Part shown: piece after piece, positions 1 through 13,720 of the stretch
How the letters are laid out: every line of letters starts with the position of its first letter
Position numbering within the stretch: position 1 is the stretch's first letter
Assembly (NCBI RefSeq): GCF_001194135.2
Contig: NC_068981.1
Span: forward strand, 141,327,071 to 141,391,070
Direction of reading: 5' to 3'
DNA from: Octopus bimaculoides
Taxonomy: Eukaryota
DNA: 64,000 nucleotides
The notes under the pieces: model-generated
Seen by the model: only the letters and a program-made list of their open reading frames with translations
What the model was told of the DNA's origin: nothing
Database searches by the model: none
Program-made: the position numbers and the translations under genes

Positions 1-92
1 TCTTCTTCTTCTTCTTCTTCTTCTTCTTCTTCTTCTTCTTCTTCTTCTTCTTCTTCTTCTTCTTTTTCTTCTTCTTCTTTTTCTTCTTCTTC
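1..92. repeat. (TCT)n microsatellite
   Basis: Direct trinucleotide run. Confidence 0.98.
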
Positions 93-260
93 CACCTCAT
101 TCAACCTTTTACAAGGTGCGCGCTGAGTATAAAATACCTTTTTATTTCTCCTGTCATCACATTTTTGTATCAGATAACCGCCTCCACCCCGACCAACATT
201 GGCCTCTCCTACTCTCCCACCTACATTTCCCTCCTTCCCGAAATTATGCAATATAGTGAT

Positions 261-925
261 ACTCTCTTTACTCTTTTACTTCTTTCAGTCTTTTGACTGC
301 GGCCATGCTGGAGCACCGCCTTTAGTCGAACAAATCGACCCCTGGACTTATTCTTTGTAAGCCTAGTACTTATTCTATAGGTCTCTTTTGCCGAACGCTA
401 AGTAACGGGGAAATAAACACACCAGCATCGGTTGTCAAGCGATGGCGGGGGACAAACACAGACACACACACACACACACCCAAACACACACACACCCAAA
501 CACACACANNNNNNNNNNNNNNNNNNNNNNNNNNNNNNNNNNNNNNNNNNNNNNNNNNNNNNNNNNNNNNNNNNNNNNNNNNNNNNNNNNNNNNNNNNNN
601 NNNNNNNNNNNNNNNNNNNNNNNNNNNNNNNNNNNNNNNNNNNNNNNNNNNNNNNNNNNNNNNNNNNNNNNNNNNNNNNNNNNNNNNNNNNNNNNNNNNN
701 NNNNNNNNNNNNNNNNNNNNNNNNNNNNNNNNATATATATATATATATACACACATATATACGACGGGCTTCTTTCAGTTTCCGTGTGCCAAATCCACTC
801 ACAAGGCATTAGTCGTCCCGAGGCTATAGTAGAAGACATTTGCCCAAGGTGCCACGCAGTGGGACTGAACTCGGAACCATGTGGTTGGTAAGCAAGCTAC
901 GTACCACACAGCCACTGCTGCACCT
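261..925 (-). mobile_element. tRNA-derived CORE-like SINE, family A, with internal (CA)n/(TA)n and an N gap
   Basis: The minus strand starts AGGTGCAGCAGTGGCTGTGTGGTA (A box), has GGTTCCGAGTTCAGTCCC (B box), then a CORE-like CCTTGGGCAAATG. It is homologous along its length to 8900-9338. Confidence 0.85.
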
Positions 926-1096
926 GATGTTACTTTTTTTCTGAAGATTGATGGGATGTAAACTCCTCTGTTTGGTATACTGCACCTGGTTGATTCGTTT
1001 TGAGGTTGATTTTCTTGTTTATTATATTTCTGGATGGTCTGTCTTCAGTTGTATGTGTAATATAGAGTGTGTTACTTAATCTTCCTTCTTATAAGC

Positions 1097-1172
1097 TTAT
1101 TATTATGGTGGTGGTTGTTGTTGTTGTTGTTGTGGTTGTTGTTGTTGTTGTTGTTGTTATTATTATTATTAT

Positions 1173-1248
<76 letters not shown>

Positions 1249-1250
1249 GC
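1097..1250. repeat. compound (GTT)n/(ATT)n microsatellite
   Basis: Direct. Confidence 0.97.
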
Positions 1251-2934
1251 TACAGAATGTTCATTACATATTGTTTGACACACTGTATTATTTGTTTCAG
1301 CATTTAGCGCTGCCAACGAAGAATGATCATGTTATTTTTTTCTTGTCGCCTTATAGATATATAAATGCAAAATATTTCAGATGATAGTTCGATAATAACT
1401 AATACTTTTTGTCATTCAAAAATATAATAAAAACGGATCATTTGATATGATAAAACATTATAGTGCTTCATTACGTAAACGTGCATCGTTTCGGAGGCAG
1501 AATTAGCTCATGTGAATTTGAAAGGAACTTTATTCTATTAACCATATGTTCCATTAATTAAACACTTAGAGACGATGTTAAACTAAATTAATAAATACTA
1601 GAATCTGATATATTTCCTATCGAAATTACTTGAAGGTGCCGCGTAAGATTTAATTTATTTTGGTTACAAATACTGAAAGCAAATTCTTCTAATCCTTTTC
1701 TTAATTGATATTTGAACTGTCTGCAGTTTGATATGTAAAGCCACATAAATACTTAATCCTAAAACCCATAATGATTTTTTCCCTTTTATCCGGTCAGAAA
1801 CTAGTATTGACAAATTAATATCTGGGATATTAAATATTATTGTTTGTATTGCGAGACAGTTTGTGTTGCTATAATCTATTTCGCAAACTTTACACTGCCT
1901 AGCAACTAAATTAGGTATTCTCTACATTCCAGAAATAACGGAGCGTCAAAGTTTATATTAAAATAAAGATTAGATTCGGTACACTCATTATCCACAATGC
2001 AATATTTAAGTCTCCATCAACGTATACTTTTAGAAAATCCAACAGAATTCAATCAAAATATTATAGTATATAAATTAAAAATCGATAACAAATATTTGAA
2101 ATGGTGTTTCAATACGTTGAACACAAACGAAAAAGCATACGTGTATAGGCAAGGTTTCAAATACAATTCAATACTTTTCAAATTAAAAATTTAGTGTTCT
2201 TGCCTTCATTCAAATCTTAAGCTTTAAAAATAAAAATGGCATAGATCGTAGAAGACTACATATTCATACTGCGTTATATTTAACAGAGGAATGAGTCAAT
2301 GCCTCAGATGTATATATATATATATATATATATGTATGCATATAAATCATCATCATATATATATATATATATGTAAACAAATAGTAAATGAGTATATGCA
2401 TATATACGTACAGGTATGTGCATACCGACATCCACCTGTATGTATAGGTGCATACCTGGGTACAGGACATTGCAAACAAAACGTAGACGAGAAAACACAC
2501 AAGCCACATACAGAACATTCTACTTGGGGAGGTGGAGGAGGGGAAGACGATAATGATAAAGATGATGGTGACGATGAGGATGAGGAAGGGGATGACGATG
2601 ATATAGTAAGAGGAGGGATCCGGGCAGATACCGAACTTCTCAATGTAAAATGCTAAAACTGGTTCCTTCAAACGGTGCGAAGGAGAATGACGAATTTGAA
2701 CATTTCATCTTTATGTGTATTTTAAGTTAGGTTATTGTCAGATACGTGTTATTGCCAAGGCATTAACTCATACGAATTTGTATACTTTTCTATATGGTTT
2801 TAGTGTACACAGAGACAGTATACTAAGTGGTTGCTACATACAGTTTGAAATGAGAAAGAGAAAGTTCGTAGTCAAAGTTATATTAGATAACTGTCGGGAA
2901 GAGTGATTCACATTTCAATATATTATTTGACACT

Positions 2935-3082
2935 ATGATGATGATGATGATGATAATGCTGATGATAATAATGATGTTGATGGTGATGATTGTGATGATG
3001 GTGATGGTGACGATGGTGATGACCACGACAGCAGCGACGAGAACGACAGGGATGCTGATGATGATGATGCCGGTGTTGGGGA

Positions 3083-3113
<31 letters not shown>

Positions 3114-3135
3114 AAGACTATGATGATGAAGAAGA
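2935..3135. repeat. degenerate (GAT)n/(GGA)n repeat
   Basis: Direct. Confidence 0.9.
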
Positions 3136-3504
3136 TGGTGACGATTAGGATGACATAGACGCCTGATAATTCCTTTAGTAACAGAGTATTTTATATGTAA
3201 ATGAAATCTGTTCCTAGCCGTCGATCGCAAACATAGCTTTAAAGAGATTGACCTTGTTAACTCTTTGCTGATTGAAAGACAAGAAGTGGGCGAGGGAGAG
3301 ATGAATTTTATGTAGACTGAGGATTCTCAGCCTATTTTCACAGAATATCTGTGGTTCACTATCAATCAGCTAGGATTAAAACGTGAAATGTACTGACATA
3401 ATTTGTTAAATACCATTGTATTCCAACAACAATGGAAAATACCAAACTCAATATCAATATCAGTCATTTTCACTGCTGTCATACTGGAACAGTACTTAAA
3501 AGGG

Positions 3505-3930
3505 TTCTAGTCGAACAAATCGACATTTGCAGAAAAGCTAGGTTACGGGGACGTAAACACAGCAAAACCCGATTGCAAAGCGGTGAGAGGGGAAACACAG
3601 GCACAGAGAAGAACACACATGGAGAGATACATATATACGACGGGATTCTTTGACTTTCCGTCGACCATATCCAAGTGACACAAGTAATATTAGACAACAC
3701 GTTGCGGTAAACCAGTTATTCACCCTAAGAGTACACTCCCATACATGCTGAAACAAATACGCGTAGCCATGCATTCATATACATTCATCAATAAATATGT
3801 ATGCAATCGAGCGCACACAACATACATATGGCAGGCTTCTTTCAGTTCCGTCCTTCAAATCTACTCACAAAGTTTTGTTAGGCCCGAGGCTATAGTACGA
3901 AACATTCGTCCATCGCGCCACGCAGTGGGA
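3505..3930 (-). mobile_element. two decayed SINE family A fragments (about 3505-3675 and 3825-3930)
   Basis: TAGTCGAACAAATCGAC, GGTTACGGGGACGTAAACAC, GGCTTCTTTCAGTT and GGCCCGAGGCTATAGTA blocks match the 261-925 copy. Confidence 0.7.
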
Positions 3931-3931
3931 T

Positions 3932-3962
<31 letters not shown>

Positions 3963-4246
3963 NNNNNNNNNNNNNNNNNNNNNNNNNNNNNNNNNNNNNN
4001 NNNNNNNNNNNNNNNNNNNNNNNNNNNNNNNNNNNNNNNNNNNNNNNNNNNNNNNNNNNNNNNNNNNNNNNNATATATATGCATATAAGAGGGATGACCT
4101 TTTGCTAGAAGAAGACCACCTAAGATCTGACCACTAAGAAAAAAATGTTGTCAAGAAAATTCAGCAAACACTAGAACGTAAGCGAGCAAGACAAATGAAA
4201 AGATACAAAATATATACATTAATCATAGACAGGTTTCGTTGTCAAC

Positions 4247-4282
4247 TACTTACGTAATTACTTACGTAATTACTTACGTAAT
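4247..4282. repeat. perfect 12-bp tandem (TACTTACGTAAT)x3
   Basis: Three exact copies. Confidence 0.95.
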
Positions 4283-4489
4283 TGTCTGCAACTATTCAGT
4301 ATGAACGTCTTTGTAATATAATTTGCAGAACATGAGATTCAACATGTATATAGTTCTACCAATTACATTTGGGGCTATATTTCAAAAGTATTCGTTCTGG
4401 CGCGCCAAATACCGGAAATAATTCTGCAGAAAATAACTCTCTGCAGTGAATTTTGGCGGTTAGAGAACGTAGATATTTAAATCTAAATT

Positions 4490-4520
<31 letters not shown>

Positions 4521-4781
4521 TTCGTTGTTTAGATGGTTTGAGGTATGGCNNNNNNNNNNNNNNNNNNNNNNNNNNNNNNNNNNNNNNNNNNNNNNNNNNN
4601 NNNNNNNNNNNNNNNNNNNNNNNNNNNNNNNNNNNNNNNNNNNNNNNNNNNNNNNNNNNNNNNNNNNNNNNNNNNNNNNNNNNNNNNNNNNNNNNNNNNN
4701 NNNNNNNNNNTATATATATATATATACGCGCACACATACATATATATATATATATTTATGTACATGTATAAATAAAGAGGG

Positions 4782-4815
<34 letters not shown>

Positions 4816-5407
4816 ACAGAGAGAGAGAGAGAAAGAGACAGAGAGAGAGAGAGAGGTGCAAACAGAGAGATACGCGTGTACTTAAACATGCATTTAAACA
4901 CACGATGAAATAATCCGCCTATATGCGCCTCTCGTAATTTCAATTTCTGTTACTGACACATTGCCTTCGAAGATTTAAATATTATTAAGTTCAGATTAAT
5001 CCCACGGTGTAGACATTATATCAAATGTGTTTCTTTCATAACCAAATATTTGTTGTTTAATATTTGCATTGTACAATATATCACTTTTAAACAATGTCGA
5101 TAGGAACTATTTTATTCAAATTTCTCGAGGAGTGTTTTCTCTAGAGAATGAGACGATACTTTAAAAGTATTAATTAACACATCCAGCCTAACTTGGGTAC
5201 TTTGTCTATAACGTTTGGACTTATGTAAACGTCACGGAAAATCATTTCATGTATAAGACAAATACTAAAATGCAGCGATATTCCATTAACGGTTGACGAA
5301 ATTCCGGTCAAATCATTTCGTATAGAAGACAAATCCTAAAACACTTGTGGCTCTCAGCGGTCTATGGCATTATAAACAGCAAGTCCAAGTTTGGCTGGAT
5401 GTAATTA

Positions 5408-5659
5408 TTAATGTTCATTACAAAACCTGCTAGAGTTGCTATTACTTAATTTGTACATATCCTCCCGCGAGGGTGTTACTGCACCACTGGCTGTTTGACC
5501 AGTGTTATTCTCAAAGGGTTTGGCTGATTTTCTGATTGGCATTTGGCTTGGCGAGCTGCCGCCGATGGTCTGCGATGCTGTGAAATCACGTGTTACGATA
5601 GTGCCATCCACCGGTGTACTGATGGAATGTCGTGAACCGATAATAGAATTTCGATGCAC
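5408..5659 (-). CDS. candidate terminal coding exon of an unidentified host gene (83 aa, Ser/Thr/Gly-rich)
   Basis: The ORF begins in phase 0 right after a CAG acceptor, with an in-frame TAG just upstream, and ends at TAA. It is more GC-rich than its flanks and non-repetitive. AATAAA lies at 5111-5116 on the minus strand. No homology recognised. Confidence 0.45.
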   Translation of the reverse strand: MHRNSIIGSRHSISTPVDGTIVTRDFTASQTIGGSSPSQMPIRKSAKPFENNTGQTASGAVTPSREDMYKLSNSNSSRFCNEH

Positions 5660-5743
5660 CTGCTACATACACGAAATGATTTTTCGAGAGGTTTACGGGT
5701 GTCTATGGAGGTATAAACAATACAAGTCAGATTGGAATTAAGT

Positions 5744-5744
<1 letters not shown>

Positions 5745-5812
<68 letters not shown>
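5745..5812. repeat. (GT)n microsatellite
   Basis: Direct. Confidence 0.97.
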
Positions 5813-5813
<1 letters not shown>

Positions 5814-8238
5814 TTAGGTGGGTGTTTCATTTGTAAGTGCACGTATATGTATGATGCGCATGATCTGTGTGCATGTGTGCATTTGCCTACAAATTATTTT
5901 ATGTAGCTGCGTTTATTTGCATGTAATCACGTATGTATATATTCATGCTTGTATATTCATGTGTATATGTGTGTCAGTGAGGATCCGTCCCCCACACATT
6001 TTTTATAGAGTATATGACAATAAAAATATATCTGTTTAAAAATCTCATATCACAATTCGTAGATAGAAGGTATTGTATAGCATTCATTAGATGTAGAATG
6101 TTGCAATACTTAGATGATGTGAATAATGGATATTGCTATAAAATGAAGTATTGGTTTCATTTTTCAATTGAAAATTTTGTACACGTAGGGTAAACTGTGA
6201 CGTGAAGTTTTCTAAACAATTAAGGATATTTTAATGGCTAAACAACACACGTGAAATGATTTTCAATTTATTGAAGCCTTTCGGTGATGCACCGATAACA
6301 TAGTCTCTCCACAGTCACACCACCTGCTAGAAAAAAATATCTTTCAACCCATTTGTTTTTCTTGTATAACGAATCGTTGCCGCTATTACGTATTTAATAA
6401 TATGGCTGTTAGTTCGGAGCTGATAAGGAGCAAACTAATGACAACATTAACTCATCAACGACGACGGCAATCAGATCATCAACAACAGCAATAACAGGAA
6501 AACCACGCAAAAAATAACAACAGCAACAACTGGTTAGTACTCAAAATATACATATTTTGTATCTAGAAATCTTCCATAACATTAATATACTTGATATTTT
6601 TAATGGTGGCAGCGCATATAATTCATTTGTTTCGTTGTTTAGATGGTTTGAGGTATGGCCTTTCCTTTTTTAGCAATAACTTGCATCTATTTAAATCTTT
6701 AAGTAGGACTTGTTCCGTAAAAAAACAAGCTTCGAATATATTTTACCTTTCTGTTATACATATTTCCTCAGGTGTAGGAAAATATACATATATATTTTTA
6801 ACATCGATATATATTTCTATAAGCACATGGTGATGCAATATCAGTATATTTATCCTTGACAAACATCTGGACATTCTGCTATCATTGCATGTAAAAGTTT
6901 GTAGATCTTTCTGTTAAACGGGTATTTTGTTTTGTCTACTATCACGTAAATTACTTTCAAAAGAAATTGAATGTTATTTGGCACATATAGTAATTGGAAA
7001 TGTTAAATTGCAACGTAATAAACATCAATATTCTGAGGTGTCAAGTTTATCTAAAATTTTCCTTATTAACTTTCTTTCTCCAGAATACTAAATGAGACAC
7101 TTATTAAAATTTATCTCCGAAAGGAATTCTACTAGATAAGAATACGTCTAATTATGAGATCAATAATGATAGCAGGAACGCTTTAGCTGCTTCTGTTTAA
7201 TATTTGACCTGAAAATAAGTAGGTATATTGCAAAAATGTTTCAAAGTATCATTAATTCTGCTAGTATTATTTATTCATTGTTTTATATATTTGTTACCGT
7301 TCCTTCAGTGGTTTGTTGGCGCACAAATAGTTTGTAATAAGTTATTTACATTCTACTACCGTAAATATTCTTAATTAGAATTAGAACCATTATTACCCAT
7401 GAAAAATTAATGAATGTCGCATATCTTATGCGTAAAAAATTGCTTCGTATAATGTAACGTAAATGAGAATATTTTAAAGGCATTAAGATCCATTATAGTA
7501 AAAAGAAATAAAAATTACTAAATTTTTATGTATTTGCAGCTGTTAAAGCAATTTTAAAATATGTGTCAATGTTTCAACAATGCGGTAATTCTAATATAAC
7601 AATTTGAGGATACATGCATTGCAAAAGTCAAATAATGTGATTCACAATATACCAATTGAGCTTTTAGCTATGTACTTGTAGGCCTGCATGATCGAGAATG
7701 TCATTTCAGCTATTACCATCCCGTTGTATATTTTTAGGTAGAGAAAATCTAATATTATATGCTCTAGATTTATTTCCTCCTTTTTAAACAGATTTGACTT
7801 GCAAAAGATTTTACCGACTTTTTCTTTATCGTACATCGAAGATACACCTACAGTCTCCAGTTACTGATTCTTATATGATGTACACATTTTTTTATATAGT
7901 TCTAAAATTTGTATGGGATTATAGGTAAAGTTAATACGCTCATCAGCCTAGTTACTATTTTTTCTCATTGTGGCTATGTTTACTTCGAGCAATGCATGAC
8001 CATTGAAATATTTACGAAATGAATAATATACTCGTCGCATCGCAAAGGGGATAGAGTTGGTATGTTGTATAATGTGTATAACTGGGATTTACAATGTGAT
8101 CACATACGTTCGTCGAATATATTGACAAATATCGAAAGTGCATATTGTATAGAAAAGGATGTTATTTATTAAGTTATATATTTAACTGATCAAATCTGAA
8201 GATAGTTGTGTATAAAGGCAAAATATGTAAGATATATT

Positions 8239-8447
8239 CCTTTCTACTCTAGGTACAAGGCCAAACATTTGTGGGGAGGGGGCCCGTGGATCAGATCGAC
8301 CTCAGTACGCAACTGACACTTAATGTATCGATCTCGAAAGGATAAATGCAAAGTCGACCTAGGCGGAATTTGAACTGAGAACGTAAAGATAGACGAAATA
8401 CCGATAATAATTTCGCCCGACATGCAAACGTTTCTGCCGCCTTAATC
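8239..8447 (-). mobile_element. SINE family B with 13-bp TSD
   Basis: The minus strand reads AAGGCGGCAGAAACGTTTGC...TTCAAATTCCGCCTAGGTCGAC, homologous to 34679-34868. It is flanked by TGTAAGATATATT at 8226-8238 and 8448-8460. Confidence 0.85.
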
Positions 8448-8787
8448 TGTAAGATATATTACTTCAAATATCTTAGCATGAGAGCTGAGTAGGAAATTCA
8501 TAATCATGTCCACATTATTCAGCTTAAGGTATTGAAATGACCTCCGTCAAAACAACAAAAGTTGTATGCTTCATTGACATTATTTGGAAGAAGAGAAATA
8601 CTGATTTTTTATCGAGCTTCTCAAGCACACTCTTAATATGAGCCCCATCTCTCCCTCTCTCATTTTCTCTCACTCCTCTCTCTTCCCCTCTCTCTAGATA
8701 GATAAATGGATAGATATATGATACATGGACACATAGATGATAAACAGATAGGTATTTTGTTAGGTAGGTACATATATAGATAAACAG

Positions 8788-8788
8788 G

Positions 8789-8844
<56 letters not shown>

Positions 8845-8865
8845 TAGATAGGCTGACAGACAGAC
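8788..8865. repeat. (AGAT)n/(AGAC)n tetranucleotide repeat
   Basis: Direct. Confidence 0.95.
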
Positions 8866-8899
8866 TGACACACCGATATTACGCTTTAGTATAATCCTT

Positions 8900-9137
8900 T
8901 GACCTGTTTCAGTCATTTGACTTGGTCATGCTGGAGCACCACCTCTAGTCGAAAAATCGCCCAACAGGACTCATGCTTTGTAAGCCTACTACTTATTCTA
9001 TCGTTCTCTCTTTTGCAGAACCGCTAATTGTCGGGAACGTAAACACACCAACATCTGTTTAAAGTGATGGCAGGGTGACAAACATAGACACAAATAACAA
9101 TCACATAAATTCACACACACACACACACACGCACACG

Positions 9138-9168
<31 letters not shown>

Positions 9169-9338
9169 GCATACACGACGGGCTTCTTTCAGTTTCCGTC
9201 TACGAAAACCACTCACAAATATTTGGTCGGCCCGAGGCTATAATAGAAGACACTTTCCCATGGTGCCACGCAGTTGGACTGAACCCGTAACCATGTTGTT
9301 GGGGAGTAGGTTTCTTACCACACAGCCACTCTTGTGTA
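8900..9338 (-). mobile_element. SINE family A, near full length, with internal (CA)n(TA)n
   Basis: Colinear with 261-925, including the A and B boxes (GGCTGTGTGGTAAG; GGGTTCAGTCC). Confidence 0.85.
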
Positions 9339-11341
9339 TAAATACAAATGTTTCTCACCTAGTAACGAAAATCTGATATTTTAGATACAGGAGTACAAAG
9401 GTTTTAGTTTATATCTCTCTCTCTTTAGTTATACTTGATGAGCAGCAAATGTTCCATGCAAGAGAATATTCAGGAACAGCAGAGCAAGACGCATTTCTCA
9501 GAAGCTAACTCATTCACTTTGTTTCATGAAATGCATTCCTATAATAATCCCTTCTAATAATCTACTTTTTTACTTCCTAAATCGTATGCGCTATATACAT
9601 TACTTTCTCCCGATTTAACTCTTTTCTGAGTTCAGAATATTCAGATTCAATCAACTATACATCTCCTCGACAAAACAACTTGCTTTTATCCACTGTAAGA
9701 ATATTACATTTTATCTATTCAAAATAGACGTAGGTGTCATACACATAACTGGTCAATTTTGATTTTCCACCACTTTTCCCGTCACTTTAACGTAGAATGA
9801 ATGACTGTTCACTGTGCTGAAAATAAAACTGAACAATATATGATATCTAGCAAATCTCTCATTCCCCATCTCCCGATGCGTTTACTCGTCCATAAAATGA
9901 AGTTGCTATGATTAAATCCCGAGCAACGAGGAAATAATTGCCATATGGTTAGGAATATAAAAAAGAGAGTCCGCATATGATTGATAACCTAGTATCTTGT
10001 TTGCATGAGAGAAATGGTCCCACCATTACAAGTATAGATATCTAAATATCGTTTGCAGACAATCAATAATGTATGTGACAGCGTATTCTGTGTTGGTGCA
10101 TTGTTCCTCGTTTTCTTTGATTTGGACATTTTATAGGGTTAACAGATGCTTGTGTATAAATTGACTTGTGTTTCGATGGAAGCCTATAGGATAGAATAAG
10201 AGAAGAGGATTTAACGGCGTAGAAATCTAAAAGATGTTGGAGAAAAGATGTATACATTCGTAACATTGTTTATATATCATAGGAGCTGCACGTAAACGAG
10301 ATTGGAATGAGGAAAAAGCTAGTGAGAGATAAACCGATGCCAAAGTGGCTGATAAGTAACCCAATACACAGATGCTAGATGCAAAATTATAAATAAAACA
10401 AAATAAGAAAAGAAAGAAGCGTTAAGTGAAAAGTATTAAAATGTAATCGCGTCATGTCAAGGAAGTTATGGAGAGACATTGAGTACGCGATTGTAAGAGA
10501 TAGCATTAGACTGCGGTGGGGAGAGACAAATAGTGGGCGTTAAACGTGTATGATAAGCTATGAAAGAATTACACTGTTTTAAAATAAAGTTATATGGTGA
10601 TTTACGGCTAGATGTTAAAGGTTACGCGTCAAGAGTGGAACGTAAAAAAGATTACAATTTAGAAGAAACGTCTTTTTCTTGTCTTACAGTTAAAAAACTG
10701 GGTTTGAAGAAAACTTATATCATTTTGGAGATAAGAGAATAGTTTAACGAATATATATGAAAAGAAAAAATAAAATTTATCTAACACAGAAATGTAACAA
10801 AATGTAACACGCAGTGGAGCAATAAAACTAAACATTCTTCGTTTTTAATGTCACTTGTTCTATTTGTCGGAATATTCTTTGATTTATCTTTGCATTTTTA
10901 ATTTTTTTTTTTTTTGTTAAAAGAAAACGATACATATTTATAGTGATTGTTGTTGACGTTTCGTTCCACATCAACACCGATGCGGTAAGTATATGATCAC
11001 AGACAATCTCACCGTAACCATCACTCCTTTTAAGTGTTCTGTGGAACCACATCACTCAATACCTCCTTTTAGTGGCACGATGTGATCTAAGAAATATTTG
11101 GTTGTTATTTCTAAAATGTCAACCGTCTATATAAGCACCCCTTAGTTGGCTTGTACTCCGAGACGCATTCTCGAATAATCATAAGTCTGAATTCGCAAAC
11201 GTCCAGGGGTTAATTTGATATTCTGAGGCAACTACTATAGAGTACCTATGAAGGACCGAGGATCGATTCACTCAGTAGTAGTTACCCCCCGAGCATTTAG
11301 ATAGGTACTTGAGCCAACGTAAAAAATCAATGGTGATCAGA

Positions 11342-11374
11342 ATGTTGATGATGATGATGATGATGATGGTGATA

Positions 11375-11413
<39 letters not shown>

Positions 11414-11473
11414 TTGCGGATGATAATGATCATGATGATGATGATGATGATGCGGATGATAATGATGATGATA

Positions 11474-11527
<54 letters not shown>

Positions 11528-11532
11528 GTGAT
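11342..11532. repeat. (GAT)n microsatellite
   Basis: Direct. Confidence 0.97.
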
Positions 11533-11744
11533 TATAGCGATTTCTTAAAATATTCAGCGTATTCAAAGGCGGAAGTGTCATGTGATTCCATAAAACGCTC
11601 ATTTCGTTATTTTATCAGTTTATTTGTATGTCGTACGAACAGTTCATTTATGTGTATTACTCATGTAAGACAACAATTGATCTAAATGGTTAGAACGACG
11701 AATAAATTGTATTAATGTATTTGTTCACATATTCTATGCTTTAG

Positions 11745-11815
11745 GTACAAATTCTGCCGAAGTCGATATTATTTTTCATTCATGTCGGGTCGAAAATAAA
11801 GTATCAATCTACGGC
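11745..11815 (+). mobile_element. SINE family B fragment
   Basis: AAATTCTGCCGAAGTCGA...GGGTCGAAAATAAAGTATCA resembles the B-box and body of other family B copies. Confidence 0.55.
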
Positions 11816-13624
11816 AGTGACGGAAGACTTAAAGAAACGGGCGAGATGTAAAGTGGTACGTGTAATAAACAGAATACGCTGTCACTTGCATTATTGTTTG
11901 TCTGCAAACGATATTTAGATATCTTTTCTCGTGACGAAAGAACCACATCTCGCATGCAAAGAAGATACCAGATTCCCAACTGCACAGGTTCCCAACTTCA
12001 CGGGGTCCCAACTGCATCCAACTTGCTCTCTCTCTCTCTCTCTCTCTCTCTCGCTCTCGGATAACACCCATGGTTTATAAAAGGGAGACTTGCAAGCTTT
12101 GGTAAGTTCATCAAAACTGATGTTGTCCAGTCTTGCACCTTGGTTAGGAATGTTTAGGCGAAGAAACCTATGGTTCACTCTTGAACAAAAGGAGTCCTAG
12201 AAAGTGCAAACATACAACACCAGTCTCTGACGATCGCTACGCAAATTTTCTAAAATTTACTTCCTTAGTTTCCTTTGGTCTGCCTTCATCCGGACTGGGT
12301 GTGTGTTTAATAGATCTGGCTTACAGCGAGCCCATTTAGCAGACGCAGCCAATTTTAAATAAAAAAGATATTCAGATGGGTGACTGTCTTATTCTTTGCG
12401 TTGACCTGCCCTGAAAGCGAGATATCAAGGCACTCTTAGTATATGTGTTATTCACAAGGAGTAAAAACATTTCATAGTCTGTCTTATAGTCTACCATCAA
12501 ACGTAGTAACTCGATTGGCTCCAACAATTTGCAACCAAGAAGGTTTCGTTTGTAGATATTAAAATCGCTGGCCCCTACACCAGGAATATCAGGAGTATAA
12601 ACATAATGGAATATGAAAGATCAAACGAAAAACAGTATTTCGCATGTAGAAACCCATCGATAAATCTCTAAACACACACTCAACGTCACAATCTCGTGAG
12701 TTAGTTGTCTATTGATCTATATATCTACCTATATATATGTATATATATATGTATATATATATCTCAATATATATATATATATATATATATATANNNNNNN
12801 NNNNNNNNNNNNNNNNNNNNNNNNNNNNNNNNNNNNNNNNNNNNNNNNNNNNNNNNNNNNNNNNNNNNNNNNNNNNNNNNNNNNNNNNNNNNNNNNNNNN
12901 NNNNNNNNNNNNNNNNNNNNNNNNNNNNNNNNNNNNNNNNNNNNNNNNNNNNNNNNNNNNNNNNNNNNNNTATATATATATATATACCTTTATATATGTA
13001 TATATATCAATACACACACACACACACGCGCGTACACACACATATCAATATAAGCACCCAGACACAGGTGTGTGAAAACAAGAAATATGTGTGAAGAGCA
13101 CATAAATGAGACATGGTACTTCAATAGCAGCATTAAAATTGTTATTCAGTTTTGAAATATTAACAGTTTTAACGACGCAAAACTACCAAGAATCGATCCG
13201 ATTCTTTAACATATGGCCTGTAATACTCAAGAATATACATTCCATGTTAGATATTCGCAAATGCACAAGAATACCATGTGTTTTTGGACATTCATTTACT
13301 TAAATATGGTTTGTGTCTATTTGTTTTTATTGCGTAGCCTTTGAATACATCTGTAATTCACATGGGGTAGGAGAGGAGATAGAGTTATCTAGCTTATCCA
13401 ATTAAAAATACTATCATATTTCAAATCATAGGCGAAGGTGTGGCTGATAAGATGTATAATAAAATATAAGATGTACGATAAAATATAAAATGTATGATAA
13501 AATATAAACATATCTAACTCTTCAGTTTGTAGTAATTGATAGCGCAATCGAAACACCCGTAGGTATCATTTTGTTTATTCACTCTTATACCGCACTTGCA
13601 GATACCGTACATACAGATAGCACA

Positions 13625-13720
13625 TGTGTATATGTATGTATATATGTATGTATGTATGTATGTGTGTATGTATGTATGTATGTATGTATGTATGTATGTA
13701 TATGTGTGTGTATGTATGTA
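13625..13720. repeat. (TATG)n repeat
   Basis: Direct. Confidence 0.95.

Noticed and set aside
1015-1052. Minus-strand CTGAAGA...GAAA
   Set aside because: Stem I does not pair and stem II is negligible.
2500-2656. Acidic peptide GGGGGEDDNDKDDGDDEDEE
   Set aside because: Degenerate GAT/GAG repeat with no convincing splice context.
4520-6659. Exact 30-bp duplicate at 4520-4549 and 6630-6659
   Set aside because: One copy ends exactly at an N gap, so a scaffolding artefact is most likely.
11915-12178. 87-aa minus ORF with ERERE run
   Set aside because: It spans a (GA)n microsatellite and has no good donor site.
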